From: Candidatus Eiseniibacteriota bacterium
Lineage (GTDB): Bacteria; Eisenbacteria; RBG-16-71-46
Assembly (NCBI GenBank): GCA_036505355.1
Contig: DASXTP010000105.1
Location: 2,613-66,612 of the forward strand
Length of the DNA stretch: 64,000 nucleotides
Direction: 5' to 3'
Part shown: positions 47,244 to 57,427 of the stretch, piece by piece
Layout: every line of letters begins with the position of its first letter
How positions within the stretch are numbered: position 1 is the stretch's first letter
Notes under the pieces: generated by a model
Seen by the model: the letters and a program-made list of their open reading frames with translations, nothing else
The model's database searches: none
Told to the model about the DNA's origin: nothing
Position numbers and translations under genes: made by a program

Positions 47244-50200
47244 GTCGCCGCCTTTCCCCAGCGCACCCGAAGCTCCGGGAAGCGCTCCTGAAGCCGCGCG
47301 ATCAGCGCGTCGTCTTCGGCCACGCGGAAGCGCCGGGATCGCAGCGCCCGCCGCAGGTGGTTCGGCCCCACGATGTGTAGATACACCTCCGATTCCCCGG
47401 GGCACGACGACAGGACCTCGTCCACCCCGACCATCCAGTCCTCGCTGAGCTGCTCGGCTCGCATCTCGATGTGGAGGTGCCGGCGATAGGCGCGCTGCGC
47501 GTCTTCGTACGGACCCACTTCGGTGAGCAGCAACCGCACCGGCCGCTCCTCCCGCACCTCGACTCGACCGGTGGCCACCACGACGCGATCCGCCACCAGG
47601 TGCGAGCGCGCCGCCTCGAACGCATCCGGGAACACCGTGCATTCGATTCGCCCGCTCAAATCCTCGAGGGTGATCACGGCCATGCGTTTGCCGCCTCGCG
47701 TGGTGATCGGCTTGACGTCTCCGATCAAGCCACCCACCCGGACCTCGGAGCCGTCTTCGAGCTGGGCCGACTCCGCCACCGAGTGAGTCGTGATCCGCGA
47801 CAGCGACTCGCGCAGCGGCTCGAGCGGGTGCTCCGAGAAATAGAAACCCAACACCTCCTTCTCGCGCGTGCTGCGATCCCGCTGGGTCCACGCCGGAACG
47901 TCCGGCAGCGGAGGCGCGACCACCGCCACGCCCCCCTGATCGGTCCGCTCCCCGAACAGCAGCGATTGCCCGCTTTGCCGCTCGCGGCTCATCGCCGCGG
48001 CCAGCTCGAGCATCGGCCCGGCCGCGGCGAACAGGGCGCCGCGCTCGGGCCCCAGTCCGTCGCACGCCCCCGCCGCCACCAGGCTCTCCAGCACCCGGCG
48101 GTTCACCGCTCGACCCTCCAGCCGCCGTGCCAGGTCGAACAGGTCACGGAAGGGCCCGCCCGCCTCGCGCGCCGCCACCAGCACCTCCACCGCCGATTGC
48201 CCGACGTTGCGCACCGCGCCGAGACCAAACCGGATCTGCCCTTCCTCGAGCCCGAACGTCCACTCCGATCGGTTCACGTCGGGGGGCAGGAGTTCCAGGC
48301 CCAGCCGGCGGACCTCCTGGATCAGGGTCACGATCCGCGCGCTGTCGCCCATCTCGCTGGTCAGGGTGGCGGCCATGAACTCGGCCGGGAAGTTCGCCTT
48401 GAGGTAGGCGCACTGGTAGGCGAGGAGGGCGTAGGCGGCGGAATGGGAGTTGTGGACGACCAGGCCGTTGGCCACGAAATTGTGGTCTACCTCGACGGTG
48501 AGATCGTAAGTGTCTTCAAATCCGCGCGGCTCGATCGAGGTGACGCGGTCCCAGAAGACGTCGGAACAGGCTATGTCCATGAGACGACGAGAGTCGAAAA
48601 AGCGGGCGAGCCTCGCCAACGTGGAGCGTCGGAAGCCACGCTTGAGCCGTGAGCCGTTCCCCGTGGACTCGCGCATCGACACGCCCGATGCTTCCTCGAG
48701 TTCTCGCCACTTGAGCCCCAGCCTGACCCTCTCTTGCGCGACCCATCTCCTGATCTCGGGGGGGATCGTGTCCCGGCTCGTGCGATCAGGTGCCGCATCG
48801 GACACGCGGGCTCTGAGCTGTCCCACTTGTTTCTCTCGGCCGACGATGTGGGGCACAATCGTCTCGAGGAACGTCCGTACCGTATTCTCTCCTAGAAGGT
48901 TCACCGTGAAGCCCCGTTTGAGCCCGCCGCGGTATTTGAACTGTTTCCTGTGGATCCCGCTCACCATCCCGAGCCGCAGCAACAGGGTCTGAACGCCGCG
49001 GGCGAGGCCTTCCGACGAGGTTGCATGGAAGGGGACGGCATTCGTTCGGTTTGCAATGAAGCCGTCGCCGGCCCACAGCCGCCCGAGGAATATCTCGAGG
49101 TCACAATTACGGAGGAGAAAGACCTCACCCGGAATGCGTTTTTCCGTGGCCCTGCAACCGAGCACTCCCAACCGCTGCGCCCACTGGAACGCCCCCGAGC
49201 GTCGCACGGGAGCATCCAGCACCAGTGCGAGATTGCCTTCCGTTGTCGCGAGGTACTCGTCCGCGACCTCTCGAACTCGGCCTGCCGATGGACCCAGATT
49301 GGCGCAGACCTCCATCCTGCCGCCCGGTCGGGTATCGATCCTCGCAACCGTATCGGGAAAACAAGCGATCGCCCGAGCAAAGTCGTCCACCAGCGCCCGG
49401 TCATTGCCGTAGAAGTAGAGACTCGTGGGATGACAGGTGTTGCCCTCGGCGATCAAGCCTGCCAGCGTGATCAACTCGTGCCTGGGCCATGTCCGCCTCC
49501 CCGCTACTTGCAGTCGGCGGGCAACCGCGACCCGATCACCGAGCTTCAACTCGGCCAGATGCTTCCAGCCATCGAGTGTCCGGAACGGATGATTGGCCGT
49601 CGCCGTGATGCGCTTCCCCAGCGCGGTCTGGAGCTCATAGACGAGCTTGCGCCCGTTCCAGACCACGTCGGTAACCTCGCGTGGTCGTAATCGTAGATTC
49701 GCGTCCAGAGCGTGCACCTGGAACGGCCTGCGCTTTTCGAAAAGCGACCGCACGGTCGTCGTCTCACCGGTTGCCGCATGAATGACCTCGGTATCCCCCG
49801 TGAGACAGCGGTTGAACCCGTAGCCGGCGAACTTCTCCATGGTGGCGAAGATCTTCTCGGCCTTCGCCGCCGAGATCTTGCGGTGCCGGCAGCCTTCGAT
49901 GAACGCCAGGCGCTTGGCTTCCATTTCCTCGGGTCGCTTCTTCCCCATCGCCCTTCGCAGCTCGTCGGCTTGGGCCATGGAGAACCCTGCCAGCACGTTC
50001 GCGGCCTGCATGACCTGCTCTTGGTAGACGAACACGCCGTACGTGGCCTTGAGGATCGGCTCCAGGTCGGGGTGGTCGTAGGTCACCACCTTGCGGCCGT
50101 GCTTGCAGTCGATGAAGTAGGGGATGTTCTCCATCGGCCCGGGACGATAGAGCGCGTTCATCGCCACCAGGTCTTCGAACACGGTGGGCTTGAGCGGCCG

Positions 50201-52033
50201 CAGGTAGTCGCGCATGCCGCTCGACTCGAACTGGAACACGCCGACCGTGTCGGCACGCTGGAACACCTCGTAGGCCGGGGCGTCGTCCTTGGGCAAGTCC
50301 TGAAGATCGATCGACACGTTGTGATGGCGCTTCACCAGCTCGACCGCCCCGGCCAGCACCGACAGGGTGCGTAGCCCGAGGAAGTCCATTTTGAGCAGAC
50401 CCGCCTTCTCGACCGACTTCATGTCCCACTGCGTCGTGATCGACTCGTCCTTCTGACGGCACAGCGGCACGTAGTCGAGCAGCGGCCCGGGGGTGATCAG
50501 CACCCCCGCGGCGTGGGTCGAAGCGTGGCGCGCCAGGCCCTCCAGCACCCTGGCGCTGTGCAGCAGCTTGGCGTAGGCCGGTCCCCGCTCCGGAAGGTTC
50601 TTGAGCTCGGGCGACAGCTCGAGCGCCCGCTCGAGCGTCATGCCGAGCCCGTCCGGCACCAGCTTGGCGACCCGGTCCACGTCGGCGAACGCCAGGCCCA
50701 GGGCCCGGCCGACATCGCGCACCACTCCCTTGGCACCCATGGTGCCGAAGGTGATGATCTGCGTGACGTTGCCCTCGCCGTACTTCTGGCGCACGTACTC
50801 GATCACCTCGCCGCGCCGCAGGTCGTCGAAGTCGATGTCGATGTCGGGCATGCTCACGCGCTCGGGGTTCAGGAAGCGCTCGAAGATCAGGCCGTGGCGA
50901 AGCGGGTCGATGTCGGTGATGTGCAGGACGTACGCCACCAGCGAGCCCGCCACCGAGCCGCGTCCCGGGCCGACACCGATCCCGCGGCTGCGCGCGAAGG
51001 CGATGAAGTCGCGCACGATCAGGAAGTACGACGCGAAGCCCATGCGACAGATCACGTCGAGCTCGTAGTCGAGACGCTTGCGCACCTCGTCGCCGATCTC
51101 GGCCAAGCGCGTCTTCAGCTCCGCCGCGGCCAGCTCGCGCAGGTAATCCTCGGCGCTCGCGACGCCGGCCGGCAGCGGGAACTCTGGCAGCAAAGGCTTG
51201 CCGAAGTGGAGCTGCAGGTTGCAGCGCTCGGCGATCGCCACGGTGTTGCGGATGGCCTCGGGGAACTCGGCGAAGGCCGTCTTCATCTCGTCGGCCGACT
51301 TGAAGTACACCTGGTCGGTCTCGTAGCGGAGCCGGTTCGGATCGCTGACCGCCTTGCCGGTCTGGATGCACAGCAGCACGTCGTGGGCGTCGGCGTCCTC
51401 GTGACGGAGATAATGACAGTCGTTGGTGGCGACCAGCGGGATGCCGGTGCGCTTCGAGAGCGCGGCCGCGCGCTGGCGGATCTTCTCCTCGATCGCGAGC
51501 CCATGGTTCTGGATCTCGAGGAAGAAGTTCTCCGCCCCAAACAGCTCGCGGTAGAAGACCGCAGTCTGGAAAGCGCGCTCCTCGTTGTCCTCGGCGAGGT
51601 CGGCGCCGATCTCTCCCTTGGGACAAGCCGACAGCGCCAGCAGTCCCCCTGCATATCGCGCAAGGACCTCGTGGTCGACCCGCGGCTTGTAGTAGAAGCC
51701 CTCGAGAAAGGCGAGTGACGACAGGCGCATCAGGTTGCGGAACCCGGGCTCGTCGCGCGCCAGCAGCACCAAGTGGTGGGAGGTCTCCCGGGTTCGGTCC
51801 TGGCGCCGGCCGCGGGTGACGTAGGCCTCCATGCCCACGATCGGCTTGACCCCCGCGCGGCGCGCCTCCTGGTAGAACTCGACCGCGCCGAACAGCGCGC
51901 CGTGGTCGGTGAGCGCCAGGGCCGGCATCTTGAGCTCGGCGGCGCGCTCCACCATGCGCGGCAGCGGGCTCGCGCCGTCGAGCAGGGAATAGTCGCTGTG
52001 GTTGTGGAGGTGGACGAAGTCGGAATGTTGCAT
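47240..52033 (-). CDS. dnaE: DNA polymerase III alpha subunit (DnaE), interrupted in frame by a 453-aa intein
   Basis: N-terminal PHP domain (HLHNHSDYSLLDG), polymerase core, OB-fold tail. Host motif KFAGYGFNR / SHSAAYALLAYQ is split by the intein. Confidence 0.9.
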   Translation of the reverse strand: MQHSDFVHLHNHSDYSLLDGASPLPRMVERAAELKMPALALTDHGALFGAVEFYQEARRAGVKPIVGMEAYVTRGRRQDRTRETSHHLVLLARDEPGFRNLMRLSSLAFLEGFYYKPRVDHEVLARYAGGLLALSACPKGEIGADLAEDNEERAFQTAVFYRELFGAENFFLEIQNHGLAIEEKIRQRAAALSKRTGIPLVATNDCHYLRHEDADAHDVLLCIQTGKAVSDPNRLRYETDQVYFKSADEMKTAFAEFPEAIRNTVAIAERCNLQLHFGKPLLPEFPLPAGVASAEDYLRELAAAELKTRLAEIGDEVRKRLDYELDVICRMGFASYFLIVRDFIAFARSRGIGVGPGRGSVAGSLVAYVLHITDIDPLRHGLIFERFLNPERVSMPDIDIDFDDLRRGEVIEYVRQKYGEGNVTQIITFGTMGAKGVVRDVGRALGLAFADVDRVAKLVPDGLGMTLERALELSPELKNLPERGPAYAKLLHSARVLEGLARHASTHAAGVLITPGPLLDYVPLCRQKDESITTQWDMKSVEKAGLLKMDFLGLRTLSVLAGAVELVKRHHNVSIDLQDLPKDDAPAYEVFQRADTVGVFQFESSGMRDYLRPLKPTVFEDLVAMNALYRPGPMENIPYFIDCKHGRKVVTYDHPDLEPILKATYGVFVYQEQVMQAANVLAGFSMAQADELRRAMGKKRPEEMEAKRLAFIEGCRHRKISAAKAEKIFATMEKFAGYGFNRCLTGDTEVIHAATGETTTVRSLFEKRRPFQVHALDANLRLRPREVTDVVWNGRKLVYELQTALGKRITATANHPFRTLDGWKHLAELKLGDRVAVARRLQVAGRRTWPRHELITLAGLIAEGNTCHPTSLYFYGNDRALVDDFARAIACFPDTVARIDTRPGGRMEVCANLGPSAGRVREVADEYLATTEGNLALVLDAPVRRSGAFQWAQRLGVLGCRATEKRIPGEVFLLRNCDLEIFLGRLWAGDGFIANRTNAVPFHATSSEGLARGVQTLLLRLGMVSGIHRKQFKYRGGLKRGFTVNLLGENTVRTFLETIVPHIVGREKQVGQLRARVSDAAPDRTSRDTIPPEIRRWVAQERVRLGLKWRELEEASGVSMRESTGNGSRLKRGFRRSTLARLARFFDSRRLMDIACSDVFWDRVTSIEPRGFEDTYDLTVEVDHNFVANGLVVHNSHSAAYALLAYQCAYLKANFPAEFMAATLTSEMGDSARIVTLIQEVRRLGLELLPPDVNRSEWTFGLEEGQIRFGLGAVRNVGQSAVEVLVAAREAGGPFRDLFDLARRLEGRAVNRRVLESLVAAGACDGLGPERGALFAAAGPMLELAAAMSRERQSGQSLLFGERTDQGGVAVVAPPLPDVPAWTQRDRSTREKEVLGFYFSEHPLEPLRESLSRITTHSVAESAQLEDGSEVRVGGLIGDVKPITTRGGKRMAVITLEDLSGRIECTVFPDAFEAARSHLVADRVVVATGRVEVREERPVRLLLTEVGPYEDAQRAYRRHLHIEMRAEQLSEDWMVGVDEVLSSCPGESEVYLHIVGPNHLRRALRSRRFRVAEDDALIARLQERFPELRVRWGKAAT
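48449..49807 (-). mobile_element. DnaE intein with LAGLIDADG homing-endonuclease domain (coordinates +/-1 nt)
   Basis: Intein starts CLTGDTEV (block A Cys), ends ...DHNFVANGLVVHN followed by extein Ser (blocks F/G). Internal LAGLIAEGN and LWAGDGFI dodecapeptide motifs. 453 aa. Confidence 0.85.
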
Positions 52034-52084
52034 GGCGCGTCCTGCGCGGCGGCTGTCGGGCGCGGCCTCGCGCCGCGGGTGCGC

Positions 52085-54076
52085 CTAATCTAGCACAAAG
52101 CTTCCGGCTGAGCGGCCGAGGTTTCCGGCCCGATCGCCGGCGACGACCTCGAAGCGGTGCGTTCCGCGCTTCGGTCGCCGCAGGGGTCGCCAGCGGAGCA
52201 TGCCGTTCTCCGGGTCCCACTCGGTGGGCACGCGGCGTCCATCGACGAAGAAATAGGAAGCGCGCGCGTCGACGCCGCTGCCTTGCTCGGTCACCCGGGT
52301 CTCGAGCGCCCAGCGGCTGTACGGGCCATGCGCGACACGGCGCGCCGGCTTGAGGGGCAGAAGCCGCGGCCCCAGGGTGTCGGCGAAGAGCGCGAAGGTG
52401 CCCAGCCGACGCGACTCGGCGATCCATTCGCCGGACGCCGAATCACGGCTCGTCCTAATCCACTCCCAGTCGGCGCCGTCCTGGCGGTAAAAACCCGCCC
52501 GGCCGGCGAATCTACCCGTCGGAGGGTAGAGGATGAATCGCCCGGGTGAGCGCAAGGGAAGGCTCGCCGGGACTGCCACGATGGCTGTGCTGACCGGCAG
52601 GAGCTCGTCGGTAGGCGCGGGCTCCGTTCCGGGCCACGCTTCAGCCACGAGCCGAGGCTCGAACGCGGCGTCGGGTGCGACGCTGTGTAGCATGCCACCG
52701 TGATGGTCACGGATCACGGCATGGGCACCGCGTGGGGGGATGGGCCACCCCTTCTGCCATGGTCGACCGTTCCCGTCCTTGCCGGTTACTCCAGGAGGAA
52801 CGCTGCGCCATGGGGCGTAATCGAGAACGACCGACCATTCCCCAGCGTGCTCGGTGGCGCGCTGGTGCAAGATCCTCACGTCTCGACTTCCACGCGGGGC
52901 CCCGCGGAACGTCACGCGCAGCCGCCAGTCCGGCAACGCGGCAAAGTCGAACCACCGAGCAGGGTCCGATTCGTCTGCACCTCCCGCCCTCGTGGTATCG
53001 GGGCCACGCTCGTCGGGCTCAGGCGCCCGCAGCACGACGGCCCGCGTCGCCCAGTTCCCCGCCACGTCGGAAGCGCTCAAGCGCAGCGCGCGCGGCGGAT
53101 CTCCCGGGCGCACGCGAATCGTTCCCGCCTCTTCGGCGAGCGGCGCGGCGCTGTGAATCACCCGCGGCCTGAACCCCGGCGGGGCCCACAGCACGATGCC
53201 CTTCTCCCCCACCACGCGCCCGGCGTCGTAGACGTAGTCGCCCTCGGGCATGTCAGTGGCCCACGAGACGCTGTCGAAGCGGCACTCGATCCACTGGTCG
53301 CCCCACTCCATGCGCGTGATCCACGGCACCATGCGGTCGACACCACGCCACAGCCCGTCGCGGGCCCCGACCACCGCCCGCACCCGGCCCTCGACCACAA
53401 CCGTCTCCGGGGCAGCGCCGAGAGCGATCGTGAACGGAGCCGCGCCGCGCTCGACGTAGGAGGTCTCGTCCAGCGGCTCGAGGGTCAGGCTCGCTACCGT
53501 GGGCGGCCGCTTATCGGCCACCCACAGCCCCGCGCGCAGCGGGTGGTAGGCCATGTCGCCGCGCCGGATCTCGAAGTGGAGATGCGGCCCACCGGCGCCG
53601 CTCTCGCCGGTCCAGGCAATTCGCTGCCCGACCCGAATCCGGAAACGGCCGGGCTCGGGCCACAAGTCCTGCTCATATTGTCCGGTGGACTCCTGGATCG
53701 CGGCCACGTAATGGGCCATGGGCTCGGCGAAGGCGTCCAGGTGTCCGAACTGCAGCAGCCTGCCGTCGTCGGTCTTGAGATAGATCGAGCGGCCGTAGCC
53801 TACGCCCGAGGCCCGCACGCGCTCGATGTGCCCCGACCGCGGCGCGTACACCGACTTGCCCACGCGCTCCCCGGTGCCGAGATCGAGCCCGGCGTGGAAG
53901 TGCCCGATCCGGTACTCGCCGAAGCCCCCAGTCACCACCAGGGGCGGATCGAGCGGCGGCCGCGTGAGCGGAGCATCGAAGCGTCCGGGCGCCCCGTCTC
54001 CCACCACCAAGCTCGGGCCCAGGAGGCCGACTCCGATCAGCAGGCCGCGGAGCCGACTCCTCTGCCGCGTGCGCAT
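52085..54076 (-). CDS. secreted M23-family (LytM-like) peptidoglycan endopeptidase with long C-terminal extension
   Basis: Signal peptide. GHFHAGLDLG ... GGPHLHFE M23 zinc-ligand motifs in the first 180 aa. ~480-aa beta-rich extension of unknown function. Confidence 0.75.
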   Translation of the reverse strand: MRTRQRSRLRGLLIGVGLLGPSLVVGDGAPGRFDAPLTRPPLDPPLVVTGGFGEYRIGHFHAGLDLGTGERVGKSVYAPRSGHIERVRASGVGYGRSIYLKTDDGRLLQFGHLDAFAEPMAHYVAAIQESTGQYEQDLWPEPGRFRIRVGQRIAWTGESGAGGPHLHFEIRRGDMAYHPLRAGLWVADKRPPTVASLTLEPLDETSYVERGAAPFTIALGAAPETVVVEGRVRAVVGARDGLWRGVDRMVPWITRMEWGDQWIECRFDSVSWATDMPEGDYVYDAGRVVGEKGIVLWAPPGFRPRVIHSAAPLAEEAGTIRVRPGDPPRALRLSASDVAGNWATRAVVLRAPEPDERGPDTTRAGGADESDPARWFDFAALPDWRLRVTFRGAPRGSRDVRILHQRATEHAGEWSVVLDYAPWRSVPPGVTGKDGNGRPWQKGWPIPPRGAHAVIRDHHGGMLHSVAPDAAFEPRLVAEAWPGTEPAPTDELLPVSTAIVAVPASLPLRSPGRFILYPPTGRFAGRAGFYRQDGADWEWIRTSRDSASGEWIAESRRLGTFALFADTLGPRLLPLKPARRVAHGPYSRWALETRVTEQGSGVDARASYFFVDGRRVPTEWDPENGMLRWRPLRRPKRGTHRFEVVAGDRAGNLGRSAGSFVLD

Positions 54077-54158
54077 GGCAACCCTCCTTGGCTGGTGCCG
54101 CGATCTCCTTGGGTCTGGTCCCGCCGGACAGTACGGAAAGCCTTAGACTCGTTCCATG

Positions 54159-57100
54159 TCACGGAATCACGACTAGGCGCTGGTCGAGGTGCGTCGAGCC
54201 GCTCGAGAAGCGCACGAAGTAGAGGCCCGCGCGCGCCCGATTTCCGTTTTCGTCCCGCCCGTTCCACTGCGCCAGTCCCTCTGTTCCAGTTCCGAGGCTC
54301 AACTCCGCGCGTCGCCGACCCGACACGTCGTAGATCCGGATCACCTGCGGTGATCCGGCCTGACCCAACGCCGCGCTCCAGCGGAACGTCACCGGAAGCC
54401 GCGACGGGTGGCCGAGGATCGTGCATTGGAGCCCGCCCGGCGGTGTCGCAGTCTGTGGGCTCCCGTCGTACAGGTGGCTCCCGGTGCGCGCGAAGTTGCC
54501 TCGGGCGGTGGGCCACGGTTGTGCCGTGGCGGCGAACGAGCCGGGACCGGCGTCGTAGACATAGAAGATCGGGTCCGGGCCGCCCGTGATCACCTCGGTG
54601 GTGCCGTCACCGTCCAGGTCGACGAGGGTCGGGAACTTTCCCGCTCCCCCCGGCTTGGGGAAGGTGGCGAGCGACTCGGCCAGGCTCGTGAGGCCGGTGA
54701 GTCCCGCCCCGCGCAACACCAGCACTTCCGGAGCGGCGCCGCCCTTCAAGTGCCCCAGCACCGGCGAGCCCACAATGGGTGCAACCGCGAGCGGCCTGGG
54801 CCACGGTGGCTCCAGGCTCGCGCCGCTCAGCTTGCGCGCCTCGACGCCGTTGTTCGTGGCCACCACCGCCTCGTCTTCGCCGTCCAGGTCGAGATCGCCG
54901 AGCGCCACGTCGAGGCCTAGCGACACCGATCCGTTCAACGGGACCGAGAAGTCGGCGAACTCTTGGCCGGCCCATGAAAGCCCATGGAGTCGGTCGTTGG
55001 CCGCGATCAGAATCACGGGCTCGCGGTTGGCGCCGCGTCCCGTCAATGCCGGCGCCGTCGGCGAGCCACCAAGGGCGACCGGCCAGCCCGGGAGCAGCCT
55101 TCCATCCTTCCGCACCGCCGCCACGATTCCGTTCGCGGTCGCCGCCACGATCTCGACACCCGCCAGGCCGTCGAGGTCGGACAGGGCCACCGGCAGCACC
55201 CCTGATCCGGTCGCGATCGTGATCGGGAATCCGCCGACCGGCGTTCCATCCGCGTGCCAGGCCCAAAGCGTCCCGTCGCCGGCTCCGCAGACCACCTCGG
55301 GCAAGCCGTCCCCGTCGAGATCGCCCAGCGCGGGGCCACCCACCATCCCCAGTCCTCCACCCGGCTGCGGCCAACCGGGTAGGGGCTCGCCCGAAGACCG
55401 CAAGCCAGCCACCCAGCCCTGCGGGGAGCCAAAGGAGCCAACGAAGAGTCCCACGCCTCGACCACCACCGAGGTCGCCTGCCGCCAAGCTACCAGCAGGG
55501 ATGCCGGGCAGATTCGACTCCACCAGGGTGTCGAGCGTGGCCCCGTCCAGGATCAGCAGGCGCTGGTTGGTGGTGACGACGGCCATGCGAGGAGACCCCC
55601 CGGTCGGGCTCGGCAGCACCACCATCGCTCCCACGACCTGACCCCCGAGGCCAATGGCCGTCGAGCCCCCGGTCTCGCTGAGCGCACGTGCCAGATCGAG
55701 CCGGCCGCTCCCATATTGTCCGACCAGGGTCGGATTCAGGGCGCTGATGTCGTCCGCGGTCTCGGTCAGCCTAAGAAGCGCCGCCATCGGATGGAGCAGC
55801 CGCAAGCCCAGGGCGCGCTGCCTAGCCTGGAGCAGCGCGACCGCCCCCGAGACCAGCGGCGCCGAGAACGAAGTGCCGTTCACGCCCCGTGCGTAGTCTG
55901 GCTGGCGCAGCCCGACGCTGTCCGAGAAGACCGCCGTGACCCCCGTCGTGCTGATGCCCACTCCGGGTGCGGCGAGATCGACGTCGGGGCCGGTGCTGGA
56001 GAATCCCGCAATCTTGTCCTGGGCATTGGTGGCAGCCACCGAGATGACGTCACGCCGAGTCACGAGGTAGTTGTTCGCAGAGTTGTAGTTCCCCGCCGCC
56101 ACCACCACCGTGACCCCGTTACGAACCGCATCGGTGACCGCGGCTTCGAGCCCCAGCTCGTGGACACTCTCCCAGGAGCAATTGATGACGTGCGCCCCCA
56201 TGCGCGTGGCGTAGCGAATCGCGCAGGCCGCGAAGTCCATGCGTACCACCCCCCCACCACGGGCATAGGCCCATCCCATCCGCAGCGGCATGATGCGCAG
56301 GTTCCAGGCCGTGCCGGCAACGCCGATCCCGTTGTTGGTGAGCGCACCGACCAGTCCCGCCACTTCCGTGCCGTGACCTTCAAAGTCGCTGGGGTCGTTG
56401 TCGCAGTCGCGCCAGTCCTCGCCCGGGCGCACCTCGTCTGCCAATGAGTCTACGTTCACGAAATCCCAGCCGTGGACATCGTCCACGAACGCCGGGCAGT
56501 CCAGGCACTCCGGGATGGTGATGCCGTCGTCATCGATCCCGGACAACCCCGCTTTTTCGGACCAGTTGGTCCAGATCTGCCCAGGCAGCCCGGCCACCGT
56601 GCCTCCGAGATCCGGATGGTACGGAAGCACCCCGGTGTCGAGCACCGCGACCACGATGGCGCTGTCTCCGGTGGTCACTTCCCAGGCCTCTGGGGCGTGG
56701 ATGTCGAGCCGCGAGTCCTGGTAGTACCAGTACGACTCCGACCACAGCGAGTCGTCGGGGCACGCCGGCGGGCACACCGCGGCCACCGGCAGAACGGCGA
56801 TGGGGCCGGCGGCCGCCAACTCGGCCGAGCCGCCAAAGGCGGCCAGGGCATCTTCGAGCTGCAGTCCCCGGGGCAGATGGGCGATATAAAAGGAGGTGAA
56901 GTCGGGGTGCCCGGAGCCGGGCGGGGGCGGAAGCTCGCCCCGGAACTCGGGTTCGAACCAGACCCCACCGAGGTCGCGGGCGATCCGGTCGAGGCCTGGA
57001 ACCCCGAGGGAGAGCCGCCGAATCCTGGGTCGCGCCCCGAGCCGAGCGGCCGCTGCGGCTCGAGGCGCGAGCTGGATCTCGAGCACGTCACCCTGGTAGG

Positions 57101-57239
57101 CCGGTGCGGCGGGCGCCAGCCCCGACGAGCGATCCGGGTAGCGGACCGGGAGATCGAGCGGGAGCCGGTCGGCCGCCCGGACAGGCGCCGCCAGGACGGT
57201 GAAGGACAACAGAATCGGGAATAGCCGCAGCGCGCACAT
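54159..57239 (-). CDS. secreted subtilisin-like (S8) serine protease with FG-GAP-like repeats and T9SS-type C-terminal sorting domain
   Basis: Catalytic triad contexts VAVLDTGV (Asp), HGTEVAG (His), GTSFSAPLVSG (Ser). Repeated DLDGDG turns. C-terminal QVIRIYDVSGRRRAELSL...AGLYFVRFSSGSTHLDQRLVVIP sorting domain. Confidence 0.8.
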   Translation of the reverse strand: MCALRLFPILLSFTVLAAPVRAADRLPLDLPVRYPDRSSGLAPAAPAYQGDVLEIQLAPRAAAAARLGARPRIRRLSLGVPGLDRIARDLGGVWFEPEFRGELPPPPGSGHPDFTSFYIAHLPRGLQLEDALAAFGGSAELAAAGPIAVLPVAAVCPPACPDDSLWSESYWYYQDSRLDIHAPEAWEVTTGDSAIVVAVLDTGVLPYHPDLGGTVAGLPGQIWTNWSEKAGLSGIDDDGITIPECLDCPAFVDDVHGWDFVNVDSLADEVRPGEDWRDCDNDPSDFEGHGTEVAGLVGALTNNGIGVAGTAWNLRIMPLRMGWAYARGGGVVRMDFAACAIRYATRMGAHVINCSWESVHELGLEAAVTDAVRNGVTVVVAAGNYNSANNYLVTRRDVISVAATNAQDKIAGFSSTGPDVDLAAPGVGISTTGVTAVFSDSVGLRQPDYARGVNGTSFSAPLVSGAVALLQARQRALGLRLLHPMAALLRLTETADDISALNPTLVGQYGSGRLDLARALSETGGSTAIGLGGQVVGAMVVLPSPTGGSPRMAVVTTNQRLLILDGATLDTLVESNLPGIPAGSLAAGDLGGGRGVGLFVGSFGSPQGWVAGLRSSGEPLPGWPQPGGGLGMVGGPALGDLDGDGLPEVVCGAGDGTLWAWHADGTPVGGFPITIATGSGVLPVALSDLDGLAGVEIVAATANGIVAAVRKDGRLLPGWPVALGGSPTAPALTGRGANREPVILIAANDRLHGLSWAGQEFADFSVPLNGSVSLGLDVALGDLDLDGEDEAVVATNNGVEARKLSGASLEPPWPRPLAVAPIVGSPVLGHLKGGAAPEVLVLRGAGLTGLTSLAESLATFPKPGGAGKFPTLVDLDGDGTTEVITGGPDPIFYVYDAGPGSFAATAQPWPTARGNFARTGSHLYDGSPQTATPPGGLQCTILGHPSRLPVTFRWSAALGQAGSPQVIRIYDVSGRRRAELSLGTGTEGLAQWNGRDENGNRARAGLYFVRFSSGSTHLDQRLVVIP

Positions 57240-57427
57240 GGGATTCCAGACGCGCGGCCGGATTCTCGCCCGGCGAGAACCCGGCCCGCGTCAGGCATTG
57301 AGTCTATGGAGGCAGGAGAGTGAGGGTCAAGTCGGGCCGGATCCCTTGACGGCTCGCGTGTGGCATGCGAAATTTTTGTCGAGCCTGCCGCGAGTCTTCC
57401 TTGGGCCCACCCCTTACGAAGGAAACG

